Made by a program: the position numbers and the translations under genes | Assembly: GCA_029938185.1 (NCBI GenBank) | Contig: JAOZVK010000003.1 | Location: 1-41,182 of the forward strand | Direction of reading: 5' to 3' | Length of the DNA stretch: 41,182 nucleotides | From: Bacteroidales bacterium | Lineage (GTDB): Bacteria; Bacteroidota; Bacteroidia; Bacteroidales; JAOZVK01 | Notes under the pieces: generated by a model | The model's database searches: none | Told to the model about the DNA's origin: nothing | What the model saw: the letters and a program-made list of their open reading frames with translations, nothing else | Shown here: one piece after another, positions 10,759-19,762 of the stretch | How the letters are laid out: every line of letters starts with the position of its first letter | Position numbering within the stretch: position 1 is the stretch's first letter

Positions 10759-11532
10759 ATGCAAAAACTAATATCAATAGATTTATATGCAGATTTTGGA
10801 ATGTTAAAAAAGCCTGATACTAACGAGCCTGTTTACTTAACATTTAATATGCTACATAAACCTGCCTTGCTCGGAATTTTGGGTGCAATAATAGGATTAG
10901 AAGGTTTTAAAGAAAAAGGAAAATTGCCCGAATATTATGAAAAACTAAAAGATTTAAAAATAGGAATTGAACCCTTGAAACATGAAAACGGAAATTTTCA
11001 AAAAACTACTTTAAAATACAATAATGCAACAGGCTTTGCAAATAAAGCTGATGGAAATTCAGGTGCAACTCTAAATATTGAAGAACAATTTTTAATTGCC
11101 CCAGCATATCGTTGTTATTTTTTATTGAATACTGAAAATAATAATCATCAAAAAATTGACACAAATTTATCAAATTATTATGCAGAGTTTTTGCCTTATC
11201 TTGGAAAAAATGAATTTTCTGTTTGGTGGGAGGATTATCGTGAATATAATGAAACCAAGGATTTTAATTTTTCAAAAGAATATAAAATTGGAAGTCTCTT
11301 TTATAAAAATGAAGCTGTAAGTAATCATATTGCAAAAGCGATAGGAAGGGCAATGAGAAAAGAATTAAAAAACAGATTTGTATATTTTGAACGGCTTCCT
11401 GTTTTTTATAATGAAATACTTTTTCAATATGAATACAATGATTTTGTTTATACAAATGCACGTTTTAACGAAAAACTAAAAATTGAAAAACTAAAAATTA
11501 TTGATAATCAAACTTTAATTCAATTGTTTTAA
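10759..11532 (+). CDS. cas5: Type I-B Cas5, module 1
   Basis: ADFGMLKKPD, KPALLGILGAIIG, PYLGKNEF motifs. Confidence 0.92.
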   Translation: MQKLISIDLYADFGMLKKPDTNEPVYLTFNMLHKPALLGILGAIIGLEGFKEKGKLPEYYEKLKDLKIGIEPLKHENGNFQKTTLKYNNATGFANKADGNSGATLNIEEQFLIAPAYRCYFLLNTENNNHQKIDTNLSNYYAEFLPYLGKNEFSVWWEDYREYNETKDFNFSKEYKIGSLFYKNEAVSNHIAKAIGRAMRKELKNRFVYFERLPVFYNEILFQYEYNDFVYTNARFNEKLKIEKLKIIDNQTLIQLF

Positions 11533-11580
11533 GTCTACTTTACAAACATAAAACTACTTGATAATTAACACATTCACAAA

Positions 11581-11635
11581 GTCCCATCGGGACGACCTAT
11601 TGATAGCCCCGTATGTAGCAAAGCCAAATGCGGGG
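11581..11635. repeat. REP-like hairpins
   Basis: GTCCC-ATC-GGGAC followed by ccccgtat...atgcgggg; GC-rich in an AT-rich background. Confidence 0.5.
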
Positions 11636-11693
11636 AAAAAAAAGTTTAAAAGTCCTTTATTTTAATAAAATTTAGAAAAAATTATTATACAAA

Positions 11694-12134
11694 ATGCAAA
11701 AATACGTAAATCAACTAATTGGAGACATACACAAAGCAAAAAATAATGTTCCAGCAAAACCATACTACGAAGTACCTCCCGAAATGGAAGGTATTGAATA
11801 TATTTTGGAGTGGGAAAACAATCCTGAAATACTTATGAGTAAACTATTTAAGCTTGAAAGCTATTTATTTCCACCAACAGATAAGCTTAATACTATACAA
11901 ATGCAGGCAATTACCGATGCTATACTTGAAATGTGGGCTGTATTTAATTTCGAGGCAACTTTTCCAGACAAACTACCTGTGTTGTATCAATACGAACAAC
12001 TTGTAAAACAATTAGATAAAAAGGTAAGGTGGACAAGTGAAGGAGTAAATGTATTTTGGTCATGGTGCGATATAGAGCCAAAAACATGCCCTTTTCCAGA
12101 AGAGTTTTGCGATTGTAAAGATTTGCCCGATTAA
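11694..12134 (+). CDS. Hypothetical protein with C-terminal Cys cluster (paralog of 20471 and 38806)
   Basis: MQKYVNQLI, FPP, W..FNF...FPD.LP and C-x5-CPFP-x3-C-x-C shared with the two 143-aa genes. Confidence 0.8.
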   Translation: MQKYVNQLIGDIHKAKNNVPAKPYYEVPPEMEGIEYILEWENNPEILMSKLFKLESYLFPPTDKLNTIQMQAITDAILEMWAVFNFEATFPDKLPVLYQYEQLVKQLDKKVRWTSEGVNVFWSWCDIEPKTCPFPEEFCDCKDLPD

Positions 12135-12237
12135 GGTCTTCGACCTATTTATAGTTGCTTACACATTAGTATAAAAACAACTTTATCAGAAAGTTACGAA
12201 TAAGTAAATGTCGAAAAACTTTTGTAAGACTACTTAA
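12132..12237 (+). mobile_element. MITE family A copy overlapping the upstream stop codon
   Basis: taaggtcttcgacctattta...gtcgaaaaacttttgtaagactactta. Confidence 0.85.
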
Positions 12238-12309
12238 TAAAAAAAGTAATTTTTAAAAATCTATTTTTTTTATATACTTACTGGATATTTTTCAAATAAC
12301 ATTAATTCA

Positions 12310-12981
12310 ATGAGAATACATTTAAAATTATCAAAAAATACAAAACTTGTACCTTATAGTCACCAACATAAACTTGTGGGAGCTATACACAAATGGCTTG
12401 GCAAAAATGATTTGCATGGAAAAATATCTTTATATTCATTTTCTCGCTTGCAAGGTGGCAGTAGCAATAAAAAAGGTCTTGATTTCAAGAATGGAGCAAA
12501 TTGGTTTGTTAGTTTCTATAACGATGATTTTTTGAAAGATATAGTTTTTGGTTTAATGAAAGACAAGCCAGAGATTTTTAACGGTATGCAGGTTGAAACT
12601 GTCACAATTCAAGAAACACCGGATTTTACTAATACCACTTATTTCAAAATAGCAAGTCCTATCCTGATAAAGAGAAACGATGGGGGTTTTATAAAGCATT
12701 TTTTGTATACCGACAAAGAAGCACCCGAACTGCTTACTGAAACACTCCGCAGCAAAATGCAACAAGTAGGTTTAACAGATGATAGTTTGAAAATAGAATT
12801 TGACACCAATTACTCTAAAGCATCTGCCAAACTAATAGACTACAAAGGAATTAAAAACAAAACAAGTTGGTGTCCAGTTATAATTCACAGAAAACCAGAA
12901 ACTAAAGCTTTTGCTTGGAACGTGGGAGTGGGGGAATTCTACTGGTGTGGGTTTTGGGGCGTTAATTTAGGTTTTATTTAA
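12310..12981 (+). CDS. cas6: Cas6 endoribonuclease copy 1, with +1 frameshift in the C-terminal Gly loop (pseudogene or sequence error)
   Basis: Near-identical to 30046-30705; five G at 12930-12934 versus four G at 30666-30669. Confidence 0.88.
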   Translation: MRIHLKLSKNTKLVPYSHQHKLVGAIHKWLGKNDLHGKISLYSFSRLQGGSSNKKGLDFKNGANWFVSFYNDDFLKDIVFGLMKDKPEIFNGMQVETVTIQETPDFTNTTYFKIASPILIKRNDGGFIKHFLYTDKEAPELLTETLRSKMQQVGLTDDSLKIEFDTNYSKASAKLIDYKGIKNKTSWCPVIIHRKPETKAFAWNVGVGEFYWCGFWGVNLGFI

Positions 12982-12991
12982 ATATTTGTAT

Positions 12992-15430
12992 ATGAAAAAC
13001 AAGATTAATAGTTATTATAATAAAATATTAGAATTTCCGCCTTACGAATATCAAGCAGAAGTAGCTGAATTGTTATTATCTGGAAAAAATATTATTCTAT
13101 CGGTGCCAACTGGTGCAGGGAAAACTTGGGCTTCGATAATACCATTTTTAATTGCAAAACAAGATGAATCAATAAATTTCCCTCAAAAATTAATATACAG
13201 TTTGCCATTGCGAACATTAACTAATTCTATTCATCAAGACATAACAAAAACTTTAGAAAAATTTCAAGAATTTAATGATTTAGCCTCAAAACAAACAGGA
13301 GAATACAGTAATGATAAATATTTTGAGAAAGATATTGTTTTTTCAACAATCGACCAGACACTCAGCAACTTTCTTTCATTTCCATTAACGCTCTCCAAAC
13401 AACAAGCAAATATTAATGCAGGTGCAGTAATTGGCAGTTACTTAGTATTCGATGAGTTTCATTTATTAGACCCAAATCTTTCAATGGCTACAACTCTCGG
13501 CACACTAAGAATGTTATTAAATTTGACAAGGTTTTGCATAATGACAGCAACAATGAGCGATGAATTTATTAATTTCATACAAAATGAAAGTGGACTTGAA
13601 AATATTGAAATTGTAACTTTAAACAATTTTCCTAATGATATTCCTAAAATTAAATCATTAATAGCTCCGAAAAATGTGACAAAAAAAGAAATAATAATTT
13701 CAAAAGATACTATCAATGCAGAAAATATTATAAAGTTGCACAAAAACAAAACAATTGTAATTTGTAATCGTGTTGAAACTGCTCAAAGTTTATTTGTTGA
13801 AATTGAAAAAATCAAAAACCCGGGAACTAAATTATTTTGTATTCACGGACGCTTTTTTGATAAAGACCGCAAGGAAAAAGAGGAAAAAGTAAAAGAATAT
13901 TTCGAAAAAGACAGTAAAAAAAATGCGATACTAATATCTACGCAAGTTATTGAAGCTGGTATGGATATTTCATGCGAAGTTTTGCATACGCAAGTGTCGC
14001 CAGTAAATTCATTTTTGCAAAGAGTTGGGCGTTGTGCAAGATACGCAAACGAAACAGGAAAAATATTTGTTTACGACATATTAACTCTTGATGAAAAGTT
14101 GAAATTAAAAGATACACTTTCAGGTGATAATTTTGATAAAAATGAAATTAAAAAACTAAATAACAAATATTTACCATACAATCAAAATTTATGTGAAAAA
14201 ACTTTTGAAATATTGAGAATAACTCCAAACATTGATGAAAAAGTTGCAGAAAGTTTAGTAAATGAAATAATGACTCCGCAGGAACAAGAAGATACTGATA
14301 ATATAAAAAGTAATCTATTCAATCAAGTTGAAATTAGAAAATCATGGAATGATTGCGAGAAAAATAATTACCGAAATACAATAAGAGATATTCAAAATGT
14401 TGATTTGGTAATTATTAATAATGAAATTAAAAATGATGTTGCTTTACAACCTTATAGTTACGAATGTATTGGACTTTATAAATGGACTTTTATAGGTAAA
14501 TGGAAAAAGATTATAAAAGAAGATTATAATTCAGAAAATGATGATTATCCTGTTTTAAAACGTGGAGAAAATAATATTTTTGATTTTGGAGAGGAAGAAT
14601 ATAAATTGGAACAAGCTGATTATGATAACATCACTGATAGTAGGTTTTATATAAATTCAGATTTTTTTAATTATGACGGCAAAATTGGTTTGAATTTTAT
14701 TAAAATAGGAAATGAAGTATCAAGTAAATCTATTCAAAATGATAAAAATGAGGATTTTAAACCCTTAAAATCAGATACTTTTATTGAACATAATACAACG
14801 ATGTTAAATTATTACCGAGAAAATTTCAAACCTAAAATGAATTTCATTATCAAAGAATTACCTAAATTTATGCAAGTTGAAAATATTGACTTCAACAAAT
14901 TGATTGAAATAATGATTGTAATGCACGATTACGGTAAATTGAACAAAGATTGGCAAACTCCAATAAAAAAATATCAAAGCTTAAAAACAGGAGAAGTAAT
15001 AACAGAGGCTTTGGCACATAGCGATTTTGATAGAACAAAGCCAGATGATATTGAGTTAAGCAAAAAATGTGGCAAACGCCCTGAACATTCAGCAATTGGA
15101 GCATTTGCTTTATATGTAATGCTGAATAGACAAGGGTATGAGGAAAAATTAATTGACCCTGTATGCAGTGCAATTTCCAAGCATCATAATGCAGGAACTA
15201 TTGTAAAAAAAATAAAAGGATATTCTGTAACGAAAAATGATTATAATTCAATTGAAAATTTATTAAAGGATATTAAATTCAGCATGAGACCACTTTCTGA
15301 ATTGAAAGATAAGAGTTTTGCTTTTTCACTATATTCTGACGACAAAAAAATTAAACAAGAAATTTTAGAATTTCTATTATCAAGAATATTAAGAATTTGC
15401 GACCAACGAGCAACTGAAAACATAAAATAA
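12992..15430 (+). CDS. cas3: Cas3 helicase with C-terminal HD nuclease
   Basis: PTGAGKT, DEFH, TAT, QRVGRCAR at the N-terminus; H...HDYGK...HS...HH...D at the C-terminus. Confidence 0.93.
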   Translation: MKNKINSYYNKILEFPPYEYQAEVAELLLSGKNIILSVPTGAGKTWASIIPFLIAKQDESINFPQKLIYSLPLRTLTNSIHQDITKTLEKFQEFNDLASKQTGEYSNDKYFEKDIVFSTIDQTLSNFLSFPLTLSKQQANINAGAVIGSYLVFDEFHLLDPNLSMATTLGTLRMLLNLTRFCIMTATMSDEFINFIQNESGLENIEIVTLNNFPNDIPKIKSLIAPKNVTKKEIIISKDTINAENIIKLHKNKTIVICNRVETAQSLFVEIEKIKNPGTKLFCIHGRFFDKDRKEKEEKVKEYFEKDSKKNAILISTQVIEAGMDISCEVLHTQVSPVNSFLQRVGRCARYANETGKIFVYDILTLDEKLKLKDTLSGDNFDKNEIKKLNNKYLPYNQNLCEKTFEILRITPNIDEKVAESLVNEIMTPQEQEDTDNIKSNLFNQVEIRKSWNDCEKNNYRNTIRDIQNVDLVIINNEIKNDVALQPYSYECIGLYKWTFIGKWKKIIKEDYNSENDDYPVLKRGENNIFDFGEEEYKLEQADYDNITDSRFYINSDFFNYDGKIGLNFIKIGNEVSSKSIQNDKNEDFKPLKSDTFIEHNTTMLNYYRENFKPKMNFIIKELPKFMQVENIDFNKLIEIMIVMHDYGKLNKDWQTPIKKYQSLKTGEVITEALAHSDFDRTKPDDIELSKKCGKRPEHSAIGAFALYVMLNRQGYEEKLIDPVCSAISKHHNAGTIVKKIKGYSVTKNDYNSIENLLKDIKFSMRPLSELKDKSFAFSLYSDDKKIKQEILEFLLSRILRICDQRATENIK

Positions 15431-15443
15431 TCAAAAAATAGTT

Positions 15444-15486
15444 CCTATTATATTTTCTCTTTTTTAATATATTCGCAATATTTTTG
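15444..15486 (+). promoter_or_regulatory. Promoter region with CCT plus protospacer matching the downstream crRNA-like spacer
   Basis: CCT 15444-15446; 15447-15464 matches 15521-15538 at 17/18; candidate -7 boxes TATATTCG (15468) and TATTTTTG (15479). Confidence 0.65.
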
Positions 15487-15488
15487 TA

Positions 15489-15567
15489 AAACTAAAAAGC
15501 AGGCAGTTCGGAATTGAAAAATTATATTTTGTCTTTTTAATTGAACCATATGCTTGTTTTTTAGTTT
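15489..15567 (+). ncRNA. Stem-clamped split-repeat CRISPR-like regulatory RNA 1 (CreA/CreR-like)
   Basis: 17-bp stem 15489-15505/15551-15567 (two G-U) enclosing GGAATTGAAAA, a spacer of about 13 nt, and TTTTAATTGAACCA. Confidence 0.7.
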
Positions 15568-15589
15568 CTTGATATATGAAAATTACAGA

Positions 15590-15994
15590 ATGAATAAAAT
15601 TGAAAAATTAATACAATTGCGTGATGATATTTTTGCATGGGCAGAAATAGAATTGAAAGATACAATCGTATTCAATACTGATGCGAATATGGAAATACTA
15701 ATAAATAAGAGAGGCTTAAAACATACTTTAAAAGGAAAAAGCTACAAAAAGGTTGATATGCTTGAAAAAAATGAAGCAACAATTATGTCTGTTAAATATT
15801 TGAACCATTTTCTTGAAAGTTCTAAGTATGTTAGATTTGAAGAGGATAGCAGACAAAGAAACAATCTTATAGGCTTTCATATTTTTGCAAATATTTTCAA
15901 CTATAAAGAGAATAAATATAATGTTAAAATAATAGTAAGGGAAACAAAAGAGAAAGTTTATTTTTATGACCAAGCATTATTTGAAAAAAAATAA
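15590..15994 (+). CDS. Small LPD3-like (BECR-fold) putative RNase toxin
   Basis: 134 aa; I.INKRGLKHT...FHIF...Y.VKIIVRE...FYD pattern recalled for LPD3-type domains (not HMM-verified); lies between cas3 and cas8. Confidence 0.6.
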   Translation: MNKIEKLIQLRDDIFAWAEIELKDTIVFNTDANMEILINKRGLKHTLKGKSYKKVDMLEKNEATIMSVKYLNHFLESSKYVRFEEDSRQRNNLIGFHIFANIFNYKENKYNVKIIVRETKEKVYFYDQALFEKK

Positions 15995-16115
15995 CCCGAC
16001 CACCGAGCATCTTACGTGTTTTCGGTTAGTAGGGTCGGGGTTTATGGTACCGAGCATCTAACGTGTTTTCGGTTATACTAATGCAAATTTACAACTATAT
16101 AATATAAAAATCAAA
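15984..16115 (-). ncRNA. Tandem-hairpin small RNA gene copy 1 (promoter, two 27-nt repeats, terminator)
   Basis: Minus-strand TTTG(16115-16112)-N20-TAAATTTG(16091-16084); repeats 16002-16028 and 16049-16075 (26/27 identical); CCCGACC/GGTCGGG stem followed by a U-run. Confidence 0.68.
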
Positions 16116-16120
16116 TTTTA

Positions 16121-17872
16121 ATGAAAGAATTTAAAATATATAAACAAACAGGTACTTATGCTGAAACTCTTGAAGCTTATGGTTTGGCAAATATTATAGA
16201 AAAAATATATGCTCAGTTAAATATTGATGATAATACAAAAATATTTGATTCAGGGCAATATTACAGTGTAATAGCTAATAGTCCTCTTTCAAGTGAAATG
16301 ATAAATAAGTTAAGTTATTTTCATGTTCTGAAATATATTGCAAGAAAGAATAAAGAAGGAAAACTCAATTTACCCGAAGGTCTGAATTATGATAATTCAG
16401 TTTTCCGCTATGATGAGCAGAAAAATTTAATAGAACAAAGACGAGCTGAAATAAACGAAGCCTATAAAAAGTTTTCGGGTAAAGAAAAAAATAAGCATAG
16501 GCGAAAAAGATTAAAAGAAATTGATAAAAAGTATAGCAATGAAAGTGCTACAAAAATAGATATTGAATTTGATGTTTACAGTCAGGCAAGCACTCCAAAT
16601 CAACTTAGTGGATTCCAAAAAATTTATAATAATTTTTATTTGAATAAAGATAACTTTAATATTCTAATAAGTGATATTTTAAAATATTATTCTAAAAATA
16701 ATAATTTAGAATATCCCAAATTAATAAAAGATAAAAAACTTGTAAATTTCTCTAAAACAATAACAGCAACACAGCTTTATAATCCAAACCAAGGAAAAGG
16801 ATTAAATAAAGCAAAAGCAAATGGTATTAACGGTTTTAATTTTAAATCATCTTGGATTAGTGAAACTTTAAAAACGACTGGAGCTGTTAACAGTATGATT
16901 TGTAAATCAGTTAAAGTCGGCAGTAGTTATGATTTAAAATTATTTGTTCCCGAATTTAATGATATTCACATGTCAAAGAAAACAGAAATTATAAATGAGT
17001 TCAAAAAACATTTAAAAGGGAACACACCTATAAAAATAGATATTTTAAACATTATTATTTTAATAAATAAGTTACTTGAAAATTCTGAAAAAAATCAAGA
17101 CTATTTCGGAAAAGCAAAAAATAAAATCAAAGGTTTATATTCTGTATATCAAAAAGATTTAGGACAGAATAAAGCTGTTTCAAATATTGCATTTATTCAA
17201 ACTCCTGATTTTATAATTATTAATGATAAAAATGATATTGATACATGGCTTGAAATTCTAAATGAACAAATATCAATTATAAGCAGTATTGATGAACTTG
17301 GTAGTTCGGTGCAAGCATTAATGGCATATCGTAATTTTATAAATGCTTCGCATCTTGAAAGTTTTTTCATATTTTCATATTGGTATGCAGCTTATCTTAT
17401 GCAATTTTTTTCTGATAAAAAAATATATATAAAACAATTTACTTACAAAATATTAACTAAATTTTATAATCACATGGATAAAAAAGGAAACTTAATGAAT
17501 ATTATTAATAATGAAGGATTTCAAGCTATTGCAAAAGCAATAAGAAACAGCACTGTTACCTTACAATATGTAAAATCAAAAGGATTAAAACCAAAATTTG
17601 ACATTAGATACGGTGTTGCTCAATCCTTGCAAAATAAATCTAAAACATCGGATAATTTAGCGACTTACATAGGTAGCTTTATAGCATCTTTTAACGCTGA
17701 ATCAGGTATGAAAGCAGAAAAGAAAGAGTTTAGGAAGCGTGTAACTGAAACAGAATTAACAGAATTTTATTCTTTGTTAGATAATAATTCTTCAAAATTA
17801 GTCGGAGCATTACTTGCTTCTTATAGTTTTGCAAAAAGTAAAAATGATGATTCAAATAAAGAAACGAAATAA
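16121..17872 (+). CDS. cas8: Cas8 large subunit of I-A-like (DevR) module 2; candidate internal Cas11 from ATG 17474 or 17495
   Basis: 583 aa upstream of DevR-type cas7; TATQLYNPNQGKG motif; helical C-terminus GFQAIAKAIRNST...VGALLASY. Confidence 0.75.
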   Translation: MKEFKIYKQTGTYAETLEAYGLANIIEKIYAQLNIDDNTKIFDSGQYYSVIANSPLSSEMINKLSYFHVLKYIARKNKEGKLNLPEGLNYDNSVFRYDEQKNLIEQRRAEINEAYKKFSGKEKNKHRRKRLKEIDKKYSNESATKIDIEFDVYSQASTPNQLSGFQKIYNNFYLNKDNFNILISDILKYYSKNNNLEYPKLIKDKKLVNFSKTITATQLYNPNQGKGLNKAKANGINGFNFKSSWISETLKTTGAVNSMICKSVKVGSSYDLKLFVPEFNDIHMSKKTEIINEFKKHLKGNTPIKIDILNIIILINKLLENSEKNQDYFGKAKNKIKGLYSVYQKDLGQNKAVSNIAFIQTPDFIIINDKNDIDTWLEILNEQISIISSIDELGSSVQALMAYRNFINASHLESFFIFSYWYAAYLMQFFSDKKIYIKQFTYKILTKFYNHMDKKGNLMNIINNEGFQAIAKAIRNSTVTLQYVKSKGLKPKFDIRYGVAQSLQNKSKTSDNLATYIGSFIASFNAESGMKAEKKEFRKRVTETELTEFYSLLDNNSSKLVGALLASYSFAKSKNDDSNKETK

Positions 17873-17898
17873 TAATTAACTTTTAAAATCTATATAAA

Positions 17899-18876
17899 AT
17901 GTCAAAAAAAATAGCATCAATATCAGTAAGCGGCAGAATGACGCTGAATATGCATTCTCTCAATAACGAAGGAGGAGAAGGAAATCAAATAATTACACGC
18001 CAATTAACAATAATAGGCAATGACGGCGAAGAACATACAGTAAATGGTATTAGCGGAGATATGTTTAAACATATCCATGTCGGACATCTTATTAATAAAG
18101 CAAAAGAAAAGAAATTACCGCTTTGTACGAATTGTAAAATAGCAAACCCAAACAGATTATCAAGTGGAGAAGATTTAGGGACACATTTTAAAAATGAAAA
18201 GGATTTAAAAAAGTTAGGTGATGATAAGATTGCCAATGCAATAATTGAGAAATGTATCATTGATGATACACATGGTGTTTTAGTTACTTCGATAGGAAAA
18301 CAAAATAAAAATCACGCCAGAAAATCTATTGTCGAATTTGCGTGGACAGTTGGAATTCCTGATAGAAATAATACTGAAACTTATATTCATACAAAAATAG
18401 TTTCGGATGCGGGTAATAAAGAAAAAGGGGCTTCAAGTAACGAAGGACAAAATATTTTTCATCGCCCTGCAAATCACGGAGTTTATGCATTTATATGCAA
18501 TGTTGATGTTTACAGACTTTCGTATAACGATGTAACAAGATCATATCCTGAAATTGATAACCGAAATGACAGATACAAAGCTCTTTTAAGCAGTTTATTA
18601 AATACATTTTTAAATCCTAAAGGAGCAATGACAAGCACACAAAAACCGCATATTACAGATTTTGAAGGTGTTGTTTCAATATCTTCAAATTCGACTCCTG
18701 CTCCAACTGTAAGCCCTATTAATGAAGACTATAAAGCAGAAATAATTACAGTAAAAGACAACCTAAATAAGATTGAAGGCTCTAAAACTATTGAAGTAAA
18801 AGAATTTAATGGACTTGGGCAATTATCAAGTATTTTTGAAGAACTAATAAAAGCTGAACCCTATAAAATAAATTAA
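17899..18876 (+). CDS. cas7: Cas7 of the DevR/Cst2/Csa2 family, module 2
   Basis: HSLNNEGGEGN, ISGDMFKH, CxxC, CIIDDTHG, RKSIVEF motifs. Confidence 0.9.
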   Translation: MSKKIASISVSGRMTLNMHSLNNEGGEGNQIITRQLTIIGNDGEEHTVNGISGDMFKHIHVGHLINKAKEKKLPLCTNCKIANPNRLSSGEDLGTHFKNEKDLKKLGDDKIANAIIEKCIIDDTHGVLVTSIGKQNKNHARKSIVEFAWTVGIPDRNNTETYIHTKIVSDAGNKEKGASSNEGQNIFHRPANHGVYAFICNVDVYRLSYNDVTRSYPEIDNRNDRYKALLSSLLNTFLNPKGAMTSTQKPHITDFEGVVSISSNSTPAPTVSPINEDYKAEIITVKDNLNKIEGSKTIEVKEFNGLGQLSSIFEELIKAEPYKIN

Positions 18877-18877
18877 T

Positions 18878-19552
18878 ATGAAATTTTCAGCAATATTTAA
18901 ACCGACAAGTTTATTTTCACTAAAAGATAGTAATTCAACTAATTCGGGAGCGAAATCATTATTTTTACCTTCGCCTTATTCCATAAAAATGGCAATAATT
19001 AATCAAGCTATAACAGCTGGTGATCAATTAAAATTACTATCTGCTAAAAAAAGTAAGGAATTTGAGTATATCAGTAAGGCGGAGGTTTCTTTTAACATTA
19101 ACAACGGATTTTGTGTAAATAATTTGTTTATTAAAATTCAAAGATTAAAAAGGGAAGGGGTTGGTTATCAGTCGACTGTCAGTTTTAGAGAATTTATTCA
19201 TATTCCAGATACAATAGAAATTATATTTAATGTCGTTAATGGTGAGGCTAAATTATTCTTAATGAATTATATTCATAAAATTAATTATTTTGGTAAACGA
19301 GCTTCATTTTTTCAATTTTTAAGATATAATGAAATTCCTGAAAAAGGTAATGTATTGGATTTTAAAACCGGAGAGATTACAGGAGGTATTATTCAACAAT
19401 ATGATGATTTTCCAAAAAATGCAACGTTTGACAAAATAAATAGTTACTCAGGAGCAAGAATTACAAGAGATAAAAAAGTTTTACTGATTCCGATAGTACT
19501 AAAAAATGCCTCAAAGTCTTTTAGTTCTTATAAACTTAAAAATGAAATATAA
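18878..19552 (+). CDS. cas5: Cas5, module 2
   Basis: SLFSLK...SLFLPSPYSIKMA N-terminus and INYFGKR Gly loop; follows cas7. Confidence 0.8.
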   Translation: MKFSAIFKPTSLFSLKDSNSTNSGAKSLFLPSPYSIKMAIINQAITAGDQLKLLSAKKSKEFEYISKAEVSFNINNGFCVNNLFIKIQRLKREGVGYQSTVSFREFIHIPDTIEIIFNVVNGEAKLFLMNYIHKINYFGKRASFFQFLRYNEIPEKGNVLDFKTGEITGGIIQQYDDFPKNATFDKINSYSGARITRDKKVLLIPIVLKNASKSFSSYKLKNEI

Positions 19553-19657
19553 GTTGTATAATAGAAGATAATTTGAATAATCTTTTGTAGTAATAAAATT
19601 GAATATTCTGTATAGGAAAATTACCACAAAAGATTATTATTTTTTAAACAGAAATTA

Positions 19658-19762
19658 ATGAATATCGAAAAAACAAGTTCAAAATTATTTGTTGATGTAA
19701 AACAAATGATTTCAAATGCTATACGAAAAGTTGCTGTAACTGCCAATAGTGAATTGATTTTG
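19658..19762 (+). pseudogene. 5' fragment of a yhcG/DUF1016 duplicate
   Basis: Nearly identical to 37423-37527, with shared upstream sequence from about 19570. Confidence 0.85.

Noticed and set aside
16002-16075. 27-nt direct repeats with a 20-nt spacer read as a mini CRISPR array
   Set aside because: The repeat has no ATTGAAA-type handle and no similarity to the half-repeats. The spacer forms the terminator stem and is nearly the same in copy 2. Treated as a structured sRNA instead.
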